Of a DNA stretch of 64,000 bases, positions 48,879-58,591 are shown piece by piece. Origin of the DNA: Cyanophyceae cyanobacterium (lineage in GTDB: Bacteria > Cyanobacteriota > Cyanobacteriia > Cyanobacteriales > JBHJGN01); the NCBI GenBank assembly GCA_050331735.1, contig JBHJGN010000011.1, positions 160,001-224,000 of the forward strand, given 5' to 3'. Under the pieces are notes generated by a model. The model did not search any database and was not told the DNA's origin. It saw only the letters and a list, made by a program, of their open reading frames with translations. Numbering within the stretch: the first letter of the stretch is position 1; every line of letters starts with the position of its first letter. Position numbers and translations under genes: made by a program.

Positions 48879-49658
48879 ATGACTCCAACTTCAGCTCAAG
48901 AGGCGATCGCTGTTTTAATGAACTTAGCCCAGCAGGGAGAAATCGATCCGTGGGACGTTCAAGTTATTGAAATTATTGACCGTTTTTTAGAAGAACTCGG
49001 GCTGTTGGGGGAAACCCCACAATATTTGGAAGCAGATTTGCCTCAGTCAGGACAAGCCTTTCTGTGGGCATCGATGCTGGTGTTGCTGAAGGCCAAAACT
49101 CTTGAAGCAGAGGAAGCAGAGGAAGATGAGCTAGAACCAATTCTAGAAGAGGAACACTCCCGTCCTGTTGCTTTAGAGAGTCGTCTGCGCCGTCGCACCG
49201 CTGCCCCCCCTGTACGCAAGCGACGGGTGACTCTCCAGGAGCTGATTGAGCAAATTGAGCAACTCGCAGCCACGATCAACGAGGAAGCTCCTGGGCGTCG
49301 TCCGCCACGTCCTCGTCCTCAGTCGCGCCGAGACGCGACCCGGACCATTACTGGACTCGCCCATAACGAGAACCTCACCGAGGTAGCAACTCAGCTAGAG
49401 CACTTTCTCCGGCTGAACTCATCTCGTTTAGCGCAGACTAGCGTAGAGCTCGAGCAACTGTTAGAGTGGTGGACGCAAGCAACGGCCTTAAACGAGCAGT
49501 CACTTGCCAAAACTTTTACTTCCAATAGTCAGGATAGAGTCGGAGTTTTTTGGGCACTTTTGTTGCTATCGGCTCAGTCTAAAGTTGAGCTAGAGCAAAC
49601 AGAATTTTATCAAGACCTGAAAATTACTCTCCTCAGTGGACATCCTGAAGAGGAATAG
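48879..49658 (+). CDS. scpA: Segregation/condensation protein A
   Basis: GEIDPWDV, AS.LV.LK, RRVTL.ELI, FWALL.L...KV.L.Q.EFY. Confidence 0.9.
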   Translation: MTPTSAQEAIAVLMNLAQQGEIDPWDVQVIEIIDRFLEELGLLGETPQYLEADLPQSGQAFLWASMLVLLKAKTLEAEEAEEDELEPILEEEHSRPVALESRLRRRTAAPPVRKRRVTLQELIEQIEQLAATINEEAPGRRPPRPRPQSRRDATRTITGLAHNENLTEVATQLEHFLRLNSSRLAQTSVELEQLLEWWTQATALNEQSLAKTFTSNSQDRVGVFWALLLLSAQSKVELEQTEFYQDLKITLLSGHPEEE

Positions 49659-49782
49659 GTAAAACTAAATTCAAGCCTCGTTAACGCTTACGTGGTTGTT
49701 GTCAAAAATAGCCAAGTGGGGTAGCTCTGAGGCTGAGATAACTGATAAAAATGTATGGCATAGGGTTGAGGAAGAAATATTC

Positions 49783-50946
49783 ATGAAAGCCATGATTCTG
49801 GCGGCTGGTCGAGGAACTCGCGTACGTCCGATTACCTACACGATTCCCAAGCCCTTAATTCCAATTCTGCAAAAACCGGTCATGGAGTTCTTACTAGAAC
49901 TGTTGCGAAAACATGGCTTTGACCAGGTCATGGTGAATGTCAGTCACCTCGCCAAAGAGATAGAAAGCTACTTCCGCGACGGTCAGCGTTTTGGAGTCCA
50001 TATTGGCTATTCATTCGAGGGCAGAATTATCGATGGTAAATTAGTCGGAGAAGCCTTAGGGTCAGCCGGAGGCCTTAAGCGCATCCAGGACTTTAATCCC
50101 TTCTTCGACGATACCTTCGTCGTGCTTTGCGGAGATGCTCTGATTGACCTCGATCTCACGGCGGCAGTGAAGTGGCACAAGCAGAAGGGCGCGCTGGCAA
50201 CCATTGTGACAAAACCCGTGCCGAAAGAGGCGGTCCCGAGTTATGGGGTTGTCGTCACCGATGATGAGGGTCGCATTGAGGCGTTTCAGGAAAAGCCAAC
50301 CGTCGAAGAAGCTCTTAGTACCGAGATCAATACCGGAATCTATATTTTCGAGCCCGAGATTATCGACTACATTCCGTCCAATCAAAAGTACGACATTGGC
50401 GGCGATCTTTTCCCCAAACTGGTGGAGAAGGGCGCTCCGTTCTACGCGGTTTCGATGGATTTTGAGTGGGTCGATATCGGTAAAGTGCCTGACTACTGGC
50501 ATGCGATTCGAGGAGTTCTGCAGAGAGACATCAAGAATGTCAAAATTCCTGGGGTTGAGGTAGCCCCTGGTATCTATACCGGTCTCAATGTTGCAGTGAA
50601 CTGGGACAAAGTAGATGTGACGGGTCCAGTCTATATTGGCGGCATGACGCGCATTGAAGATGGCGCTAAAATTATTGGACCTTCGATGATTGGTCCGAAC
50701 TGCTGGATCTGCGAACGGGCAACGGTCGATAATAGCGTCATTTTTGAATACTCTCGGTTGGGTCCGGGAGTGCGTTTGGTGGATAAGCTGGTGTTTGGTC
50801 GCTACTGCGTGGATAAAGCAGGAGCCTCCATCGACGTACAGGCTGCCGCTCTCGACTGGCTAATTACCGACGCTCGCCATAGCCCTCCCTATCAGGAAGC
50901 GTTAGAACAGAAGGCGATCGCGGAGCTATTGAGCAGCGAGAATTAA
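49783..50946 (+). CDS. cugP: Cyanobacterial NDP-sugar pyrophosphorylase (UTP--glucose-1-phosphate uridylyltransferase CugP type)
   Basis: MKAMILAAG.GTRVRPIT..PKP, GSAGG, FQEKP, WVDIG, C-terminal beta-helix. Confidence 0.82.
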   Translation: MKAMILAAGRGTRVRPITYTIPKPLIPILQKPVMEFLLELLRKHGFDQVMVNVSHLAKEIESYFRDGQRFGVHIGYSFEGRIIDGKLVGEALGSAGGLKRIQDFNPFFDDTFVVLCGDALIDLDLTAAVKWHKQKGALATIVTKPVPKEAVPSYGVVVTDDEGRIEAFQEKPTVEEALSTEINTGIYIFEPEIIDYIPSNQKYDIGGDLFPKLVEKGAPFYAVSMDFEWVDIGKVPDYWHAIRGVLQRDIKNVKIPGVEVAPGIYTGLNVAVNWDKVDVTGPVYIGGMTRIEDGAKIIGPSMIGPNCWICERATVDNSVIFEYSRLGPGVRLVDKLVFGRYCVDKAGASIDVQAAALDWLITDARHSPPYQEALEQKAIAELLSSEN

Positions 50947-51074
50947 ATTTAGCTAAGAGCTAAGAGCTCTTAGCTCTGAGACGGAGAAAGCTTTTAGCGA
51001 GAGTCTAAGATTTGAATTCCACTAATCAATTAGCTAACGGCTAAGCGCTGCTTAATTCGCCACAATAGGAATAG

Positions 51075-52025
51075 CTGAGTTCAGTAGAAGCGAGAATTTT
51101 TCCTGAAGAAATTGCCCTACGGGTTACACACAAGAGCGATCGCCTAGATCGCTGGCTGGCGAATCAACTGACCGATATGTCTCGCGCTCGCCTCCAAAAG
51201 CTAATTGAGGAAGGTTGCGTTCAGGTAAACGGTCAGGTCTGTACCGCCAAAAGAATGAAGCTGCAAGCGGGCGATTCTTTGTGGCTGACCATTCCTTCCG
51301 CTCACACTCTCGCTCTCCAGCCAGAAAATATTCCTCTCGATATTCTGTACGAGGATGAGGCTTTAATTGTTGTCAATAAACCCGCCGGGTTGGTCGTGCA
51401 TCCGGCTCCAGGACACGAAACGGGCACTCTTGTCAATGCTCTACTGTATCACTGTCATGATTTAGCGGGGATTGGAGGCGTTCAGCGCCCAGGCATTGTG
51501 CATCGTCTCGACAAGGATACGTCTGGGGCTATGGTCGTTGCCAAAACGGATGCTGCTCACCAGCATCTCCAAGCCCAAATCCGGGCGAAATCAGCTCGAA
51601 GAGAGTACCTTGGTATTGTTTATGGGTCGCCTTCAGCGGCTAGCGGCAGCATAAATTTTCCCATCGGTCGCCATCCCGTTGATCGTAAGAAGATGGCGGT
51701 TGTGCCTGTTGAAAAGGGAGGCAGAACGGCACTGACGCATTATTGGGTGCTGGAACGACTTGGTCACTATACCCTGATGAAGTTTCAGCTAGAAACCGGG
51801 CGGACTCACCAAATTCGGGTTCACACCAGCTCGATGGGTCATCCGCTAGTAGGAGATCCGGTTTATGGCTCTGGACGTTCAGTGGGCGTTAACCTCACAG
51901 GTCAGGCCCTGCATGCTTGGAAGCTTACCTTGACCCATCCTCAAACTGGAGAGCGCCTTGAGGCGATCGCTCCCTTTCCGCATGATTTTACTAAGCTCTT
52001 AGACGTGTTCCGAAAACGCAGTTAG
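51075..52025 (+). CDS. RluA-family pseudouridine synthase (RluD-like), start codon uncertain
   Basis: S4 motif DRLDRWLA...SRARLQKLI begins upstream of ATG 51177. NKPAG.VVHP, HRLDKDTSG, TGRTHQIRVH, LHA. Confidence 0.9.
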   Translation: MSSVEARIFPEEIALRVTHKSDRLDRWLANQLTDMSRARLQKLIEEGCVQVNGQVCTAKRMKLQAGDSLWLTIPSAHTLALQPENIPLDILYEDEALIVVNKPAGLVVHPAPGHETGTLVNALLYHCHDLAGIGGVQRPGIVHRLDKDTSGAMVVAKTDAAHQHLQAQIRAKSARREYLGIVYGSPSAASGSINFPIGRHPVDRKKMAVVPVEKGGRTALTHYWVLERLGHYTLMKFQLETGRTHQIRVHTSSMGHPLVGDPVYGSGRSVGVNLTGQALHAWKLTLTHPQTGERLEAIAPFPHDFTKLLDVFRKRS

Positions 52026-52111
52026 GGGGAGCCGCAGGTCGGCAAGAAATTCGGCAAAATCCGAACCGCCTTGCTAATCTGCCACTCCCCCCGCCGTTAA
52101 AGTTGGTTTAC

Positions 52112-52867
52112 TTAACGAACTTTACGGTAAGGAACTTTGCTGAGATAGTCCATGCCTTGAGCAGATACTCTCGGCGTTCTATCGTTTTGAGCATTCAAGC
52201 TGCGGGCCATATTGAGATACTGTGACGGATCGCCCGCTTGCGGCTGCTGCTCCTGAGGACGGAAGCGACGAACCGCGTTTTGCCAGATAATTTGAGGGAA
52301 GCCTATCTGATTACGATAGTAGTCATCGTAACGCGGCAGTCTGATATTGGTCGGTCTCTCGCCCTCATCTCGGCCCTGAAGCACTCGTCGTCGCTGATAG
52401 GGAACTTTGTCGTAGCCGAAGTTTTCTAGGTACTCGTCGCTATCGAGCAGGGCATCAACAAAACCAGCCAGTCCTTTTGTGCCGATCACAATGGACCAAG
52501 CGATCTTTTCCCGCTCGTTATACACGCTCCGTCCAAGAACTCGCTCAACGCACTGTTCTACAAACCGATAGTTGTTGTTTTTCTCATAGAAGCTATTTCT
52601 AAAAGTTTCAGAAAGTAACAACCCCCGGATAAAGTCCCGCATGGTGATTTGACCATTACGAAGCTGGGACTCCAGGAACGGTTCGCGGTCATTTTTAAAG
52701 GCATAGAAAAAGATTTGGCGGTAGGCGGCCTCGATGGGCTGATCTAATTCAGTCCCGGAGCGCAGTTCAGCCGTGTAATCTTGAGGCAGTTCCTCGTTAG
52801 CCACTTCGTAGCCAGAAACGCGTTCGTTCTGGCTTTTTGGTTGGTATTCAAGTAATGGAATCGTCAA
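52112..52867 (-). CDS. cpcG: Phycobilisome rod-core linker CpcG
   Basis: IPLLEY.P.SQN.RV, AAYRQIF, LESQLR.GQIT, VPYQRRR; no hydrophobic CpcL tail; TTG start with GGAGG. Confidence 0.93.
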   Translation of the reverse strand: MTIPLLEYQPKSQNERVSGYEVANEELPQDYTAELRSGTELDQPIEAAYRQIFFYAFKNDREPFLESQLRNGQITMRDFIRGLLLSETFRNSFYEKNNNYRFVEQCVERVLGRSVYNEREKIAWSIVIGTKGLAGFVDALLDSDEYLENFGYDKVPYQRRRVLQGRDEGERPTNIRLPRYDDYYRNQIGFPQIIWQNAVRRFRPQEQQPQAGDPSQYLNMARSLNAQNDRTPRVSAQGMDYLSKVPYRKVR

Positions 52868-53099
52868 ACTAAAACCTCCACAGATCTTATTAAAATCTTT
52901 AAAACATTAATCCAGATCATAAAGGAGATGGGGCTTGAAACTGCAGAAATGTAAACAACTCTTACAAATATTAAAGAACTGGATGACTTGCCGAAATCCC
53001 CCGTGTTTCTGTTGAAGAGCGATACCGGTTAACGGTCTGGGGAAAGGGGAAGGGGCCAAGGGAAGAGTCTAGGGTGCGCTCAACGTTAACAGTTTTAAC

Positions 53100-53124
53100 A
53101 GGCCTCTCAACGTTCGAGAGGCCT
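53100..53124 (-). terminator. Hairpin downstream of cpcS
   Basis: AGGCCTCTC-aacgttc-GAGAGGCCT. Confidence 0.7.
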
Positions 53125-53147
53125 ACCTAATCAATTTAGCTCCTACA

Positions 53148-53735
53148 TTACCAACCGCTGATGGAATGGGCCATTGTGGCAGGCTCGTCAGGCTGGGAGG
53201 CGTTGCTGGTTTCTACTGACGCGCGGACTTCAGCACAGAAAGTCGCTGTATTAAATCCGCCAAAGCGTTTGACGGTGCTGAAGCGCAGGCGAAGATCGGG
53301 ACTAGCAAACCAAAAGCGTTCGATAATGCTCATCGATTCGTAGTCGGTAACGAGGATCATCGCGTCTTCATCGTCGATTTCGTAGCGTCCGACGACTGGC
53401 ACAATTTCTGCATAACCTCTTTCTCGCAGCAGCCGCCCTTTGCTAGCATCGTCTGCGTCCGGCACGATGGCAAACACGGTTGTGCCTTCGTGGGTTTCGT
53501 CTTCTTTGTCCCACGCCATTGAGCCGTTCCAGGCTACCTGGGCGCCTCCTACCGTTAAACCCGGATCGACGCTGTGCATTTGGCACAGTTCAACGACTTG
53601 GGGATGATCGGCAGCGAGAGTTTCTACCTGGATGGCCGAGCCACCATTTTCTGCGCGTCGAAACGGCAGGTGATGGGTGGTGCGCTGCGATCGCCATTCT
53701 CCAGCACTGCGCTGAAAAAACTCCATTGCGTCCAA
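53148..53735 (-). CDS. cpcS: Phycocyanobilin lyase CpcS
   Basis: MDAMEFF..SAG.W.SQR.THHL.FRRAE, LLRERGYAE, ERFWF..P.LR; TTG start with AGGAG. Confidence 0.9.
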   Translation of the reverse strand: MDAMEFFQRSAGEWRSQRTTHHLPFRRAENGGSAIQVETLAADHPQVVELCQMHSVDPGLTVGGAQVAWNGSMAWDKEDETHEGTTVFAIVPDADDASKGRLLRERGYAEIVPVVGRYEIDDEDAMILVTDYESMSIIERFWFASPDLRLRFSTVKRFGGFNTATFCAEVRASVETSNASQPDEPATMAHSISGW

Positions 53736-53885
53736 TTTAACGTCTCCTGTTAATGCATCTGTTCACGAAGTCAGAGGAAGTCCTGCTGTAGAACAACAGG
53801 GTTTCTCTGACAAGGAATTAAAAACAGTATTGCTCCTAAAACCTATTTATTATTGTGGCGTATTCAATATATATATTGATAGTCC

Positions 53886-55511
53886 TTAGCATCTTCGCCA
53901 CTTATTTAACTGCCTCTCGCCAATCCTGGCTACCGTTTGCAGTTGAGTAAGCTGATTTCTGAGCTCTTCAACTAAATATTTCTGTTCTTGAAACTGCTGT
54001 CGCAGCGACTCGTAATTTGCCTGCTGTTGTTTACCACTAGAGTGCTGTTCGTCGAGTTGGTGTTCTAGATTAGCTATTTGTTCGTTCTTTATGTCAAGCT
54101 GCTGCTGAAGGGACTGGTTGGTTTCTGACTGCTGGGCGGCTGTGGTTTCCTGTTCTTGAAGTTGATGCTTTAACTGGTCAAGCAGTGAGGCTTTCTCTTG
54201 AAACTGTTGTTGCCAAGATTGATTGGCTTGTAACTGCTGTGCAGCTAGCTCCTGCTGTTTGTGAAGCCGTTGTCGCAATTCATCTAGAAGATTGTCCCGT
54301 TCTTGAGTCTGCTGTTGCAGCGATTGATTTGTTTGAACGTGTTGTTGGTTAACAGTTTGCTGCTCTTGAAGTTGCCAATTGAGCCGATCAATTCTGTCTG
54401 CCTGTTCCTGAGACTGCTGTTGCAGAGTCTGGTTGATTTCTGATTGCTGAGTGGCTAGTTCCTGCTGTTCTCGAAGCTGTTGATTGAGTTCCTGGAGGAG
54501 ATGCTCTTGTTCTTTGGCCTGCTGTTGCAGATCTTGATTGGTCTGAACGTGCTGTTGATTGAGAGACTGCTGTTCTTGGAGTTGTTGATTAAGCTGGTCG
54601 ATAAGGGTAGCCTGTTCCTGAGACTGCTGTTGCAGGGACTGGTTGATTTCTGACTGCTGAGTGGCTAGTTCCTGCTGTTCTCGAAGCTGCTGTTGCAGTT
54701 CTTCGGTGAGGTGATGTTGTTCTGCTAGCTGTTGCAGCAGTGCTTGATGGACTTCCTCTTTTTCAGTAGCGGCAGAGCGTTGCTGCGTGAGTTGAGCTTG
54801 CAGTTCTGACACTAACTCGTTTTGGATCTCCAATTGCTGCTGAAGGGAACGGTGATTTTCAGACTGCTGTGCGGCGGAAGCTTGCTGTTCGGCAAGCTGC
54901 TTTTCTAAGCGATTGAGGAGATTCTTTTGGTCTTGAAACTGCTGCTGAAGCAGTTGATGAGCGTCCTCTTGCTCGGTAGCAGCAGAGCGTTGCTGCGTTA
55001 ATTGATTTTGTAACTCGGCAACGGCTTGATGTTGTGCTTCAAGCTGCTGCTGCAAAGACTGATTCTTCTCGGTTTGTTGACGATTAACAGCCTGTTGTTC
55101 TGCCAGTTGCTTCTTCATTACGTGCTCTTGCTCAGACTCTTTTTGAGTGTCCTCCACCGCAGTCTGATGCTGAAGCTGCTGTTTTAAGTCTTCAATGATT
55201 TTGGCTTGCTCTTGAATTTGATGAAGAGAGTCTTGTTCTGGGAGGCTTGACTGATGTTCGTTGGGCTGATTCGTTGCTGAGGCCGTCGCAGAAACGGGCC
55301 CAGAAGATTCTAGAGTAATAGTTTTATCTGCCGAATGGCTGGCGATCGCAATAGCACCTCTGGCCACGCTTTCAACGAGTTCAGATTTAGAGACCCCAGC
55401 CTGCTTAGCCATCTGACCCAGCAAGTTTAATCCTGTTGGCGTTAGCGATATTCCTAGCCTTGATTTGGTCTCTGTCTGCTTGCCGGAAGCTTTACGCTTT
55501 CTTTTGACCAT
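53886..55511 (-). CDS. Ribbon-helix-helix (CopG-like) protein with a long Gln-rich repetitive coiled coil
   Basis: N-terminal KSRLGISLTPTG...L..MA...GVSKSELVE..ARG (RHH pattern), then ~400 aa of Q/E/L heptads. Confidence 0.75.
   Translation of the reverse strand: MVKRKRKASGKQTETKSRLGISLTPTGLNLLGQMAKQAGVSKSELVESVARGAIAIASHSADKTITLESSGPVSATASATNQPNEHQSSLPEQDSLHQIQEQAKIIEDLKQQLQHQTAVEDTQKESEQEHVMKKQLAEQQAVNRQQTEKNQSLQQQLEAQHQAVAELQNQLTQQRSAATEQEDAHQLLQQQFQDQKNLLNRLEKQLAEQQASAAQQSENHRSLQQQLEIQNELVSELQAQLTQQRSAATEKEEVHQALLQQLAEQHHLTEELQQQLREQQELATQQSEINQSLQQQSQEQATLIDQLNQQLQEQQSLNQQHVQTNQDLQQQAKEQEHLLQELNQQLREQQELATQQSEINQTLQQQSQEQADRIDRLNWQLQEQQTVNQQHVQTNQSLQQQTQERDNLLDELRQRLHKQQELAAQQLQANQSWQQQFQEKASLLDQLKHQLQEQETTAAQQSETNQSLQQQLDIKNEQIANLEHQLDEQHSSGKQQQANYESLRQQFQEQKYLVEELRNQLTQLQTVARIGERQLNKWRRC
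53940..55115 (-). repeat. Intragenic tandem repeat, 105-bp (35-aa) subunits organised as 210-bp units
   Basis: gtggctagttcctgctgttctcgaagctg at 54451 and 54661; gcagagcgttgctgcgt at ~54772 and ~54982 (both 210 bp apart). Confidence 0.85.
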
Positions 55512-55665
55512 TGGCACTATCCTTTCTACGGGCGATGTAAACTTTTAGTATAAAGTAGCCAAAGCCTTTCTAGAAGCAAGCTGTGGCATTTAGCAATCAT
55601 TCTTATGATTCGTTTTTGCTGATTGTTGATGGCTCATCAATAGTTGTTTTCTAATGACACGCTTT

Positions 55666-56235
55666 TCAAAAATTGTCAGAAGAAGCTTGCTTTTGTTCGA
55701 CGCCAAAGCCAACAAGCACAACGTTTTTTAGCTCCTCACCTAATGGTGGACGCTGGTAAGTTACGATTTTCCTAATTCTTAACTCTGAGTTAATCAGAGT
55801 AATTGAATCAACCGCCACTACGCGAGTATAGTTTGTCGTCATTAAGAGTTCATTTGTGCGGGAATCAAAGCGAAAGTGGGAAACAATTGGCTTAGCTTCT
55901 TCGTAGGCTCGATCTCTTAAATAATCTCCTTTAATGACCAAATCTTGTTCCTGTTTGGGAACAAATAAAATGTTGAGGTTTTGAGAAACTTCTTCGCCTG
56001 TTTCGGAAACGGTATGAAAACCGAGGTTGTACCCAGGAAGGTTCCCTAACTCTGGCGTGGGAGCATACTGATTATCGGACAAAACCTTGGTTTTGCGCTC
56101 TGCCGTCAGCGGATGAATGACAAATTCTGTCCGCGATCGCTCTACTTCTCGTGATGCTAAATAGTGGTAAGTTCGCTCGGTTACCCAACTGCCCACGCAG
56201 CAGTCGAAAAAGCGATGAAAGGTCGAGGTATTCAT
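55666..56235 (-). CDS. CpcS/CpeS-family phycobiliprotein lyase-like protein
   Basis: FF.CCVG.W.TERTYH, YLRDRAYEE, beta-barrel pattern; likely ATG 56235. Confidence 0.8.
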   Translation of the reverse strand: MNTSTFHRFFDCCVGSWVTERTYHYLASREVERSRTEFVIHPLTAERKTKVLSDNQYAPTPELGNLPGYNLGFHTVSETGEEVSQNLNILFVPKQEQDLVIKGDYLRDRAYEEAKPIVSHFRFDSRTNELLMTTNYTRVVAVDSITLINSELRIRKIVTYQRPPLGEELKNVVLVGFGVEQKQASSDNF

Positions 56236-56387
56236 AGTCAAAGCTGATGTTACTCTGATTGATTTTCCCACCTGAGAAAGATTATGGCGGAGAGATTGTT
56301 GACTATAGTTTAAGAAATGTTAAAATCGTCGAAACAAACATTGACCGATTGCATTTTTTGTAATAGCGCCAAAACGAGGCTATCTTT

Positions 56388-56921
56388 ATGACATCAGTGC
56401 CAGTTGCTCAATTTTCTCCAGAATCCCTAGCGGTGGAATTTTTTCGTCAGTCCGAGGGGCAGTGGCACTCTCAACGACGCTACTACACTCTAAACCAAGA
56501 AGCTGAACCGCAAGAAGTTGTTAGTAGGATCGCGGTTCGTTTTCTCGAGGCAGGTGCTCCTGAATTGACTCATCTAGCTCAGCTACATCAGCTAGAAGCA
56601 GAATTTGTTGGCGGTTCTCAAGTTACTTGGGAAAGCACCTATACAAATCAGACTCGCAAACCATCGAAAGGCACAACCGTATTCGGCGTATTGGGAAAGA
56701 CTCTATACAGAGATCGCGGCTTTGCCACGGCTAAACCGGTCACCGCACAATTTTTCTTTTCCAATCCGCAAACGATGTGCTTGAGAACGGAGTACCAAGG
56801 CTCAGTATTTGAGGAAGAGCTAAAGCTAATTGGAGATAAGTACCGGACAAGACAGACAATTATCTCGAGAGCAGGCGAGGAGCAGATGATTGGTCAGTAT
56901 TTGGAGAAGCGGATGGGCTAG
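56388..56921 (+). CDS. CpcS/CpeS-family phycobiliprotein lyase-like protein
   Basis: EFFRQSEG.W.SQRRYY, YRDRGFA, TEY...FEEE, YLEKR. Confidence 0.82.
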   Translation: MTSVPVAQFSPESLAVEFFRQSEGQWHSQRRYYTLNQEAEPQEVVSRIAVRFLEAGAPELTHLAQLHQLEAEFVGGSQVTWESTYTNQTRKPSKGTTVFGVLGKTLYRDRGFATAKPVTAQFFFSNPQTMCLRTEYQGSVFEEELKLIGDKYRTRQTIISRAGEEQMIGQYLEKRMG

Positions 56922-56981
56922 ATTCATAGTTTGGGGAACGGTTTACTCTACTAATCTTGTTTGCTGTGTCCACTGTAGAAG

Positions 56982-57011
56982 CTGTTAGCTTTTTGAGCTA
57001 ACAGTTTTTTT
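56982..57011 (+). terminator. Rho-independent terminator
   Basis: CTGTTAGCT-ttttg-AGCTAACAG-TTTTTTT. Confidence 0.8.
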
Positions 57012-57213
57012 GGGGTCTAGCCTAGGCCTCAATAGCAAGCCCACAAAAAGAAACTTTTTCAAACATCACCGCGTCTCTAACTGAGTCAGAAAAAATCTCA
57101 ATCAATCCGTTCTGACGGTGTTTCTCGAAATAGTCTCTCTGCTTAAGCCCTTGCAGAATAACAAGCTTTGTGTAGAGAGTTAACAGCAATTCCTTCTCTA
57201 GGTAGATTAAATT

Positions 57214-58008
57214 ATGCTGCCAATATCAACAAAATTCCGTTTTAGAGCTGCTTGGACAAAAAGCATCGGTTTATCCCCTGTGGTTATTTTACTGGCGAGC
57301 GCTGGAGCAACTGCGTCGCCGATCGATTCTTTCTTTAAGGCAACAGTCAACCCAGGCATACTGCTCAGTCAGGCAGAAGCGCCACCCGATGTGATTATTG
57401 ACACAGATCCTCAAGGCTCTGGTTCATCCACGTCTATTCCCTCAACAACCAATGGCGACCAGCGCTTTTCCTGTCAAATGGTCGACGGTGAGTATACGGT
57501 CGTGTACTATCCCCAAAGCCAACCCGGGCAAGCCTACCCGTGGGCCGTGCCCAGACAGCTTGGCGGTGGCTGGACATCAGCAAAGCGCTGTGATGCCATT
57601 AGTCAACGCCTGGAGTCCTATCGACCGGATGGTTTAGTAGAGTTAACCACGTCGGTAGAGAACAACTACGAGACGATTTGCGTCACCACCGAAGCCGATC
57701 CGAGCTGCCGCATTGTGCTGACGGTTCCTCCTGGTCAAGATGCTCTCGTCACCCGCGATCGCGTTTTCCAAAACTTAACAACCGCAGATAGTGGTCAAAT
57801 GACTCAGGGGGTCAACACGTTCAGAGGTGACAATGGAGAGCAGCTCATTGAGCAAATTGGGCGAGCAATCAATCTCAATACAGCTCAGGGAGGAATTAAC
57901 CTCAAGCCTTTCCTCGACGAGGCAGATGGTGGAACTGGCACTCAACTTCGCGGTGCTCAGCCTCGCCCCTCTGATGGTCAGCCGCTCAATCCCGACAATT
58001 TTCGTTAG
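57214..58008 (+). CDS. COP23-domain secreted protein
   Basis: Signal peptide, RFSC, LGGGW...RC..IS.RL, N.Y..IC......C..VLT. Confidence 0.8.
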   Translation: MLPISTKFRFRAAWTKSIGLSPVVILLASAGATASPIDSFFKATVNPGILLSQAEAPPDVIIDTDPQGSGSSTSIPSTTNGDQRFSCQMVDGEYTVVYYPQSQPGQAYPWAVPRQLGGGWTSAKRCDAISQRLESYRPDGLVELTTSVENNYETICVTTEADPSCRIVLTVPPGQDALVTRDRVFQNLTTADSGQMTQGVNTFRGDNGEQLIEQIGRAINLNTAQGGINLKPFLDEADGGTGTQLRGAQPRPSDGQPLNPDNFR

Positions 58009-58050
58009 CGGTCAGAATCAGCTTTAGTCCCTATCGATTGATATATCTTA

Positions 58051-58077
58051 AGAAAGAGCGGTGCAGCCGCTCTTTCT
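58051..58077. terminator. Terminator hairpin after the COP23 gene
   Basis: AGAAAGAGCGG-tgcag-CCGCTCTTTCT. Confidence 0.75.
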
Positions 58078-58263
58078 GCATTAAAGCCCAGTATTGGTAA
58101 GCGCATCAGAACTTTTTAGGTACAGACACTTACTATTTTCAGTCAGCAGCTCAGCATCAAAAAAAGCAGAAATTTAAGAATAATTTTAGCTTTTCTTCGT
58201 GATTAGTTATAAATGGAGAACTTTACATTTCTTTGTTTTTCGACAGATAAAACGAGCCAAAAA

Positions 58264-58306
58264 TTAACAATACGTAACAAAAAAAGAGAGAATAGCATTG
58301 TATAAA
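58264..58306 (+). promoter_or_regulatory. cpcBA promoter: HLR1-like direct repeat plus -10 element, followed by a ~280-nt 5' UTR
   Basis: TTAACAAT-ac-GTAACAAA (58264-58281), then tgTATAAA (58299-58306). This matches the layout I recall for other cpcB promoters. Confidence 0.7.
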
Positions 58307-58591
58307 GGTTACTTGGGAGGACTAAATAACATGCACAAGCCTCTCCGAAACTTCGCTTAACCTTCTTTTGCGGGTTTCTCATAAACTCGCTGCTTGGTCT
58401 CATTTTTTAGCAGTTTTGTGCTATCACTGAAGGTCTAAATCTGAGCAACCAAGCAATAAGGTTCAACAGGTGAAGTGGAAGAGATAATCTGCCTCACTAG
58501 GAAGTGCAGATATTCAGGCGACTAAAACCTCTCAAGAGAAACTTCATTTACATACAACCAACGACTAAGGTCTAGTAGGAGATAAAAACTA

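Noticed and set aside
52112..52867. Possible CpcL (membrane-anchored linker)
   Set aside because: The C-terminus is hydrophilic and basic, so it is CpcG.
52940..52980. HLR1-like half-sites upstream of cpcG
   Set aside because: Only one good half-site, and the partners have multiple mismatches; plausible but not supportable.
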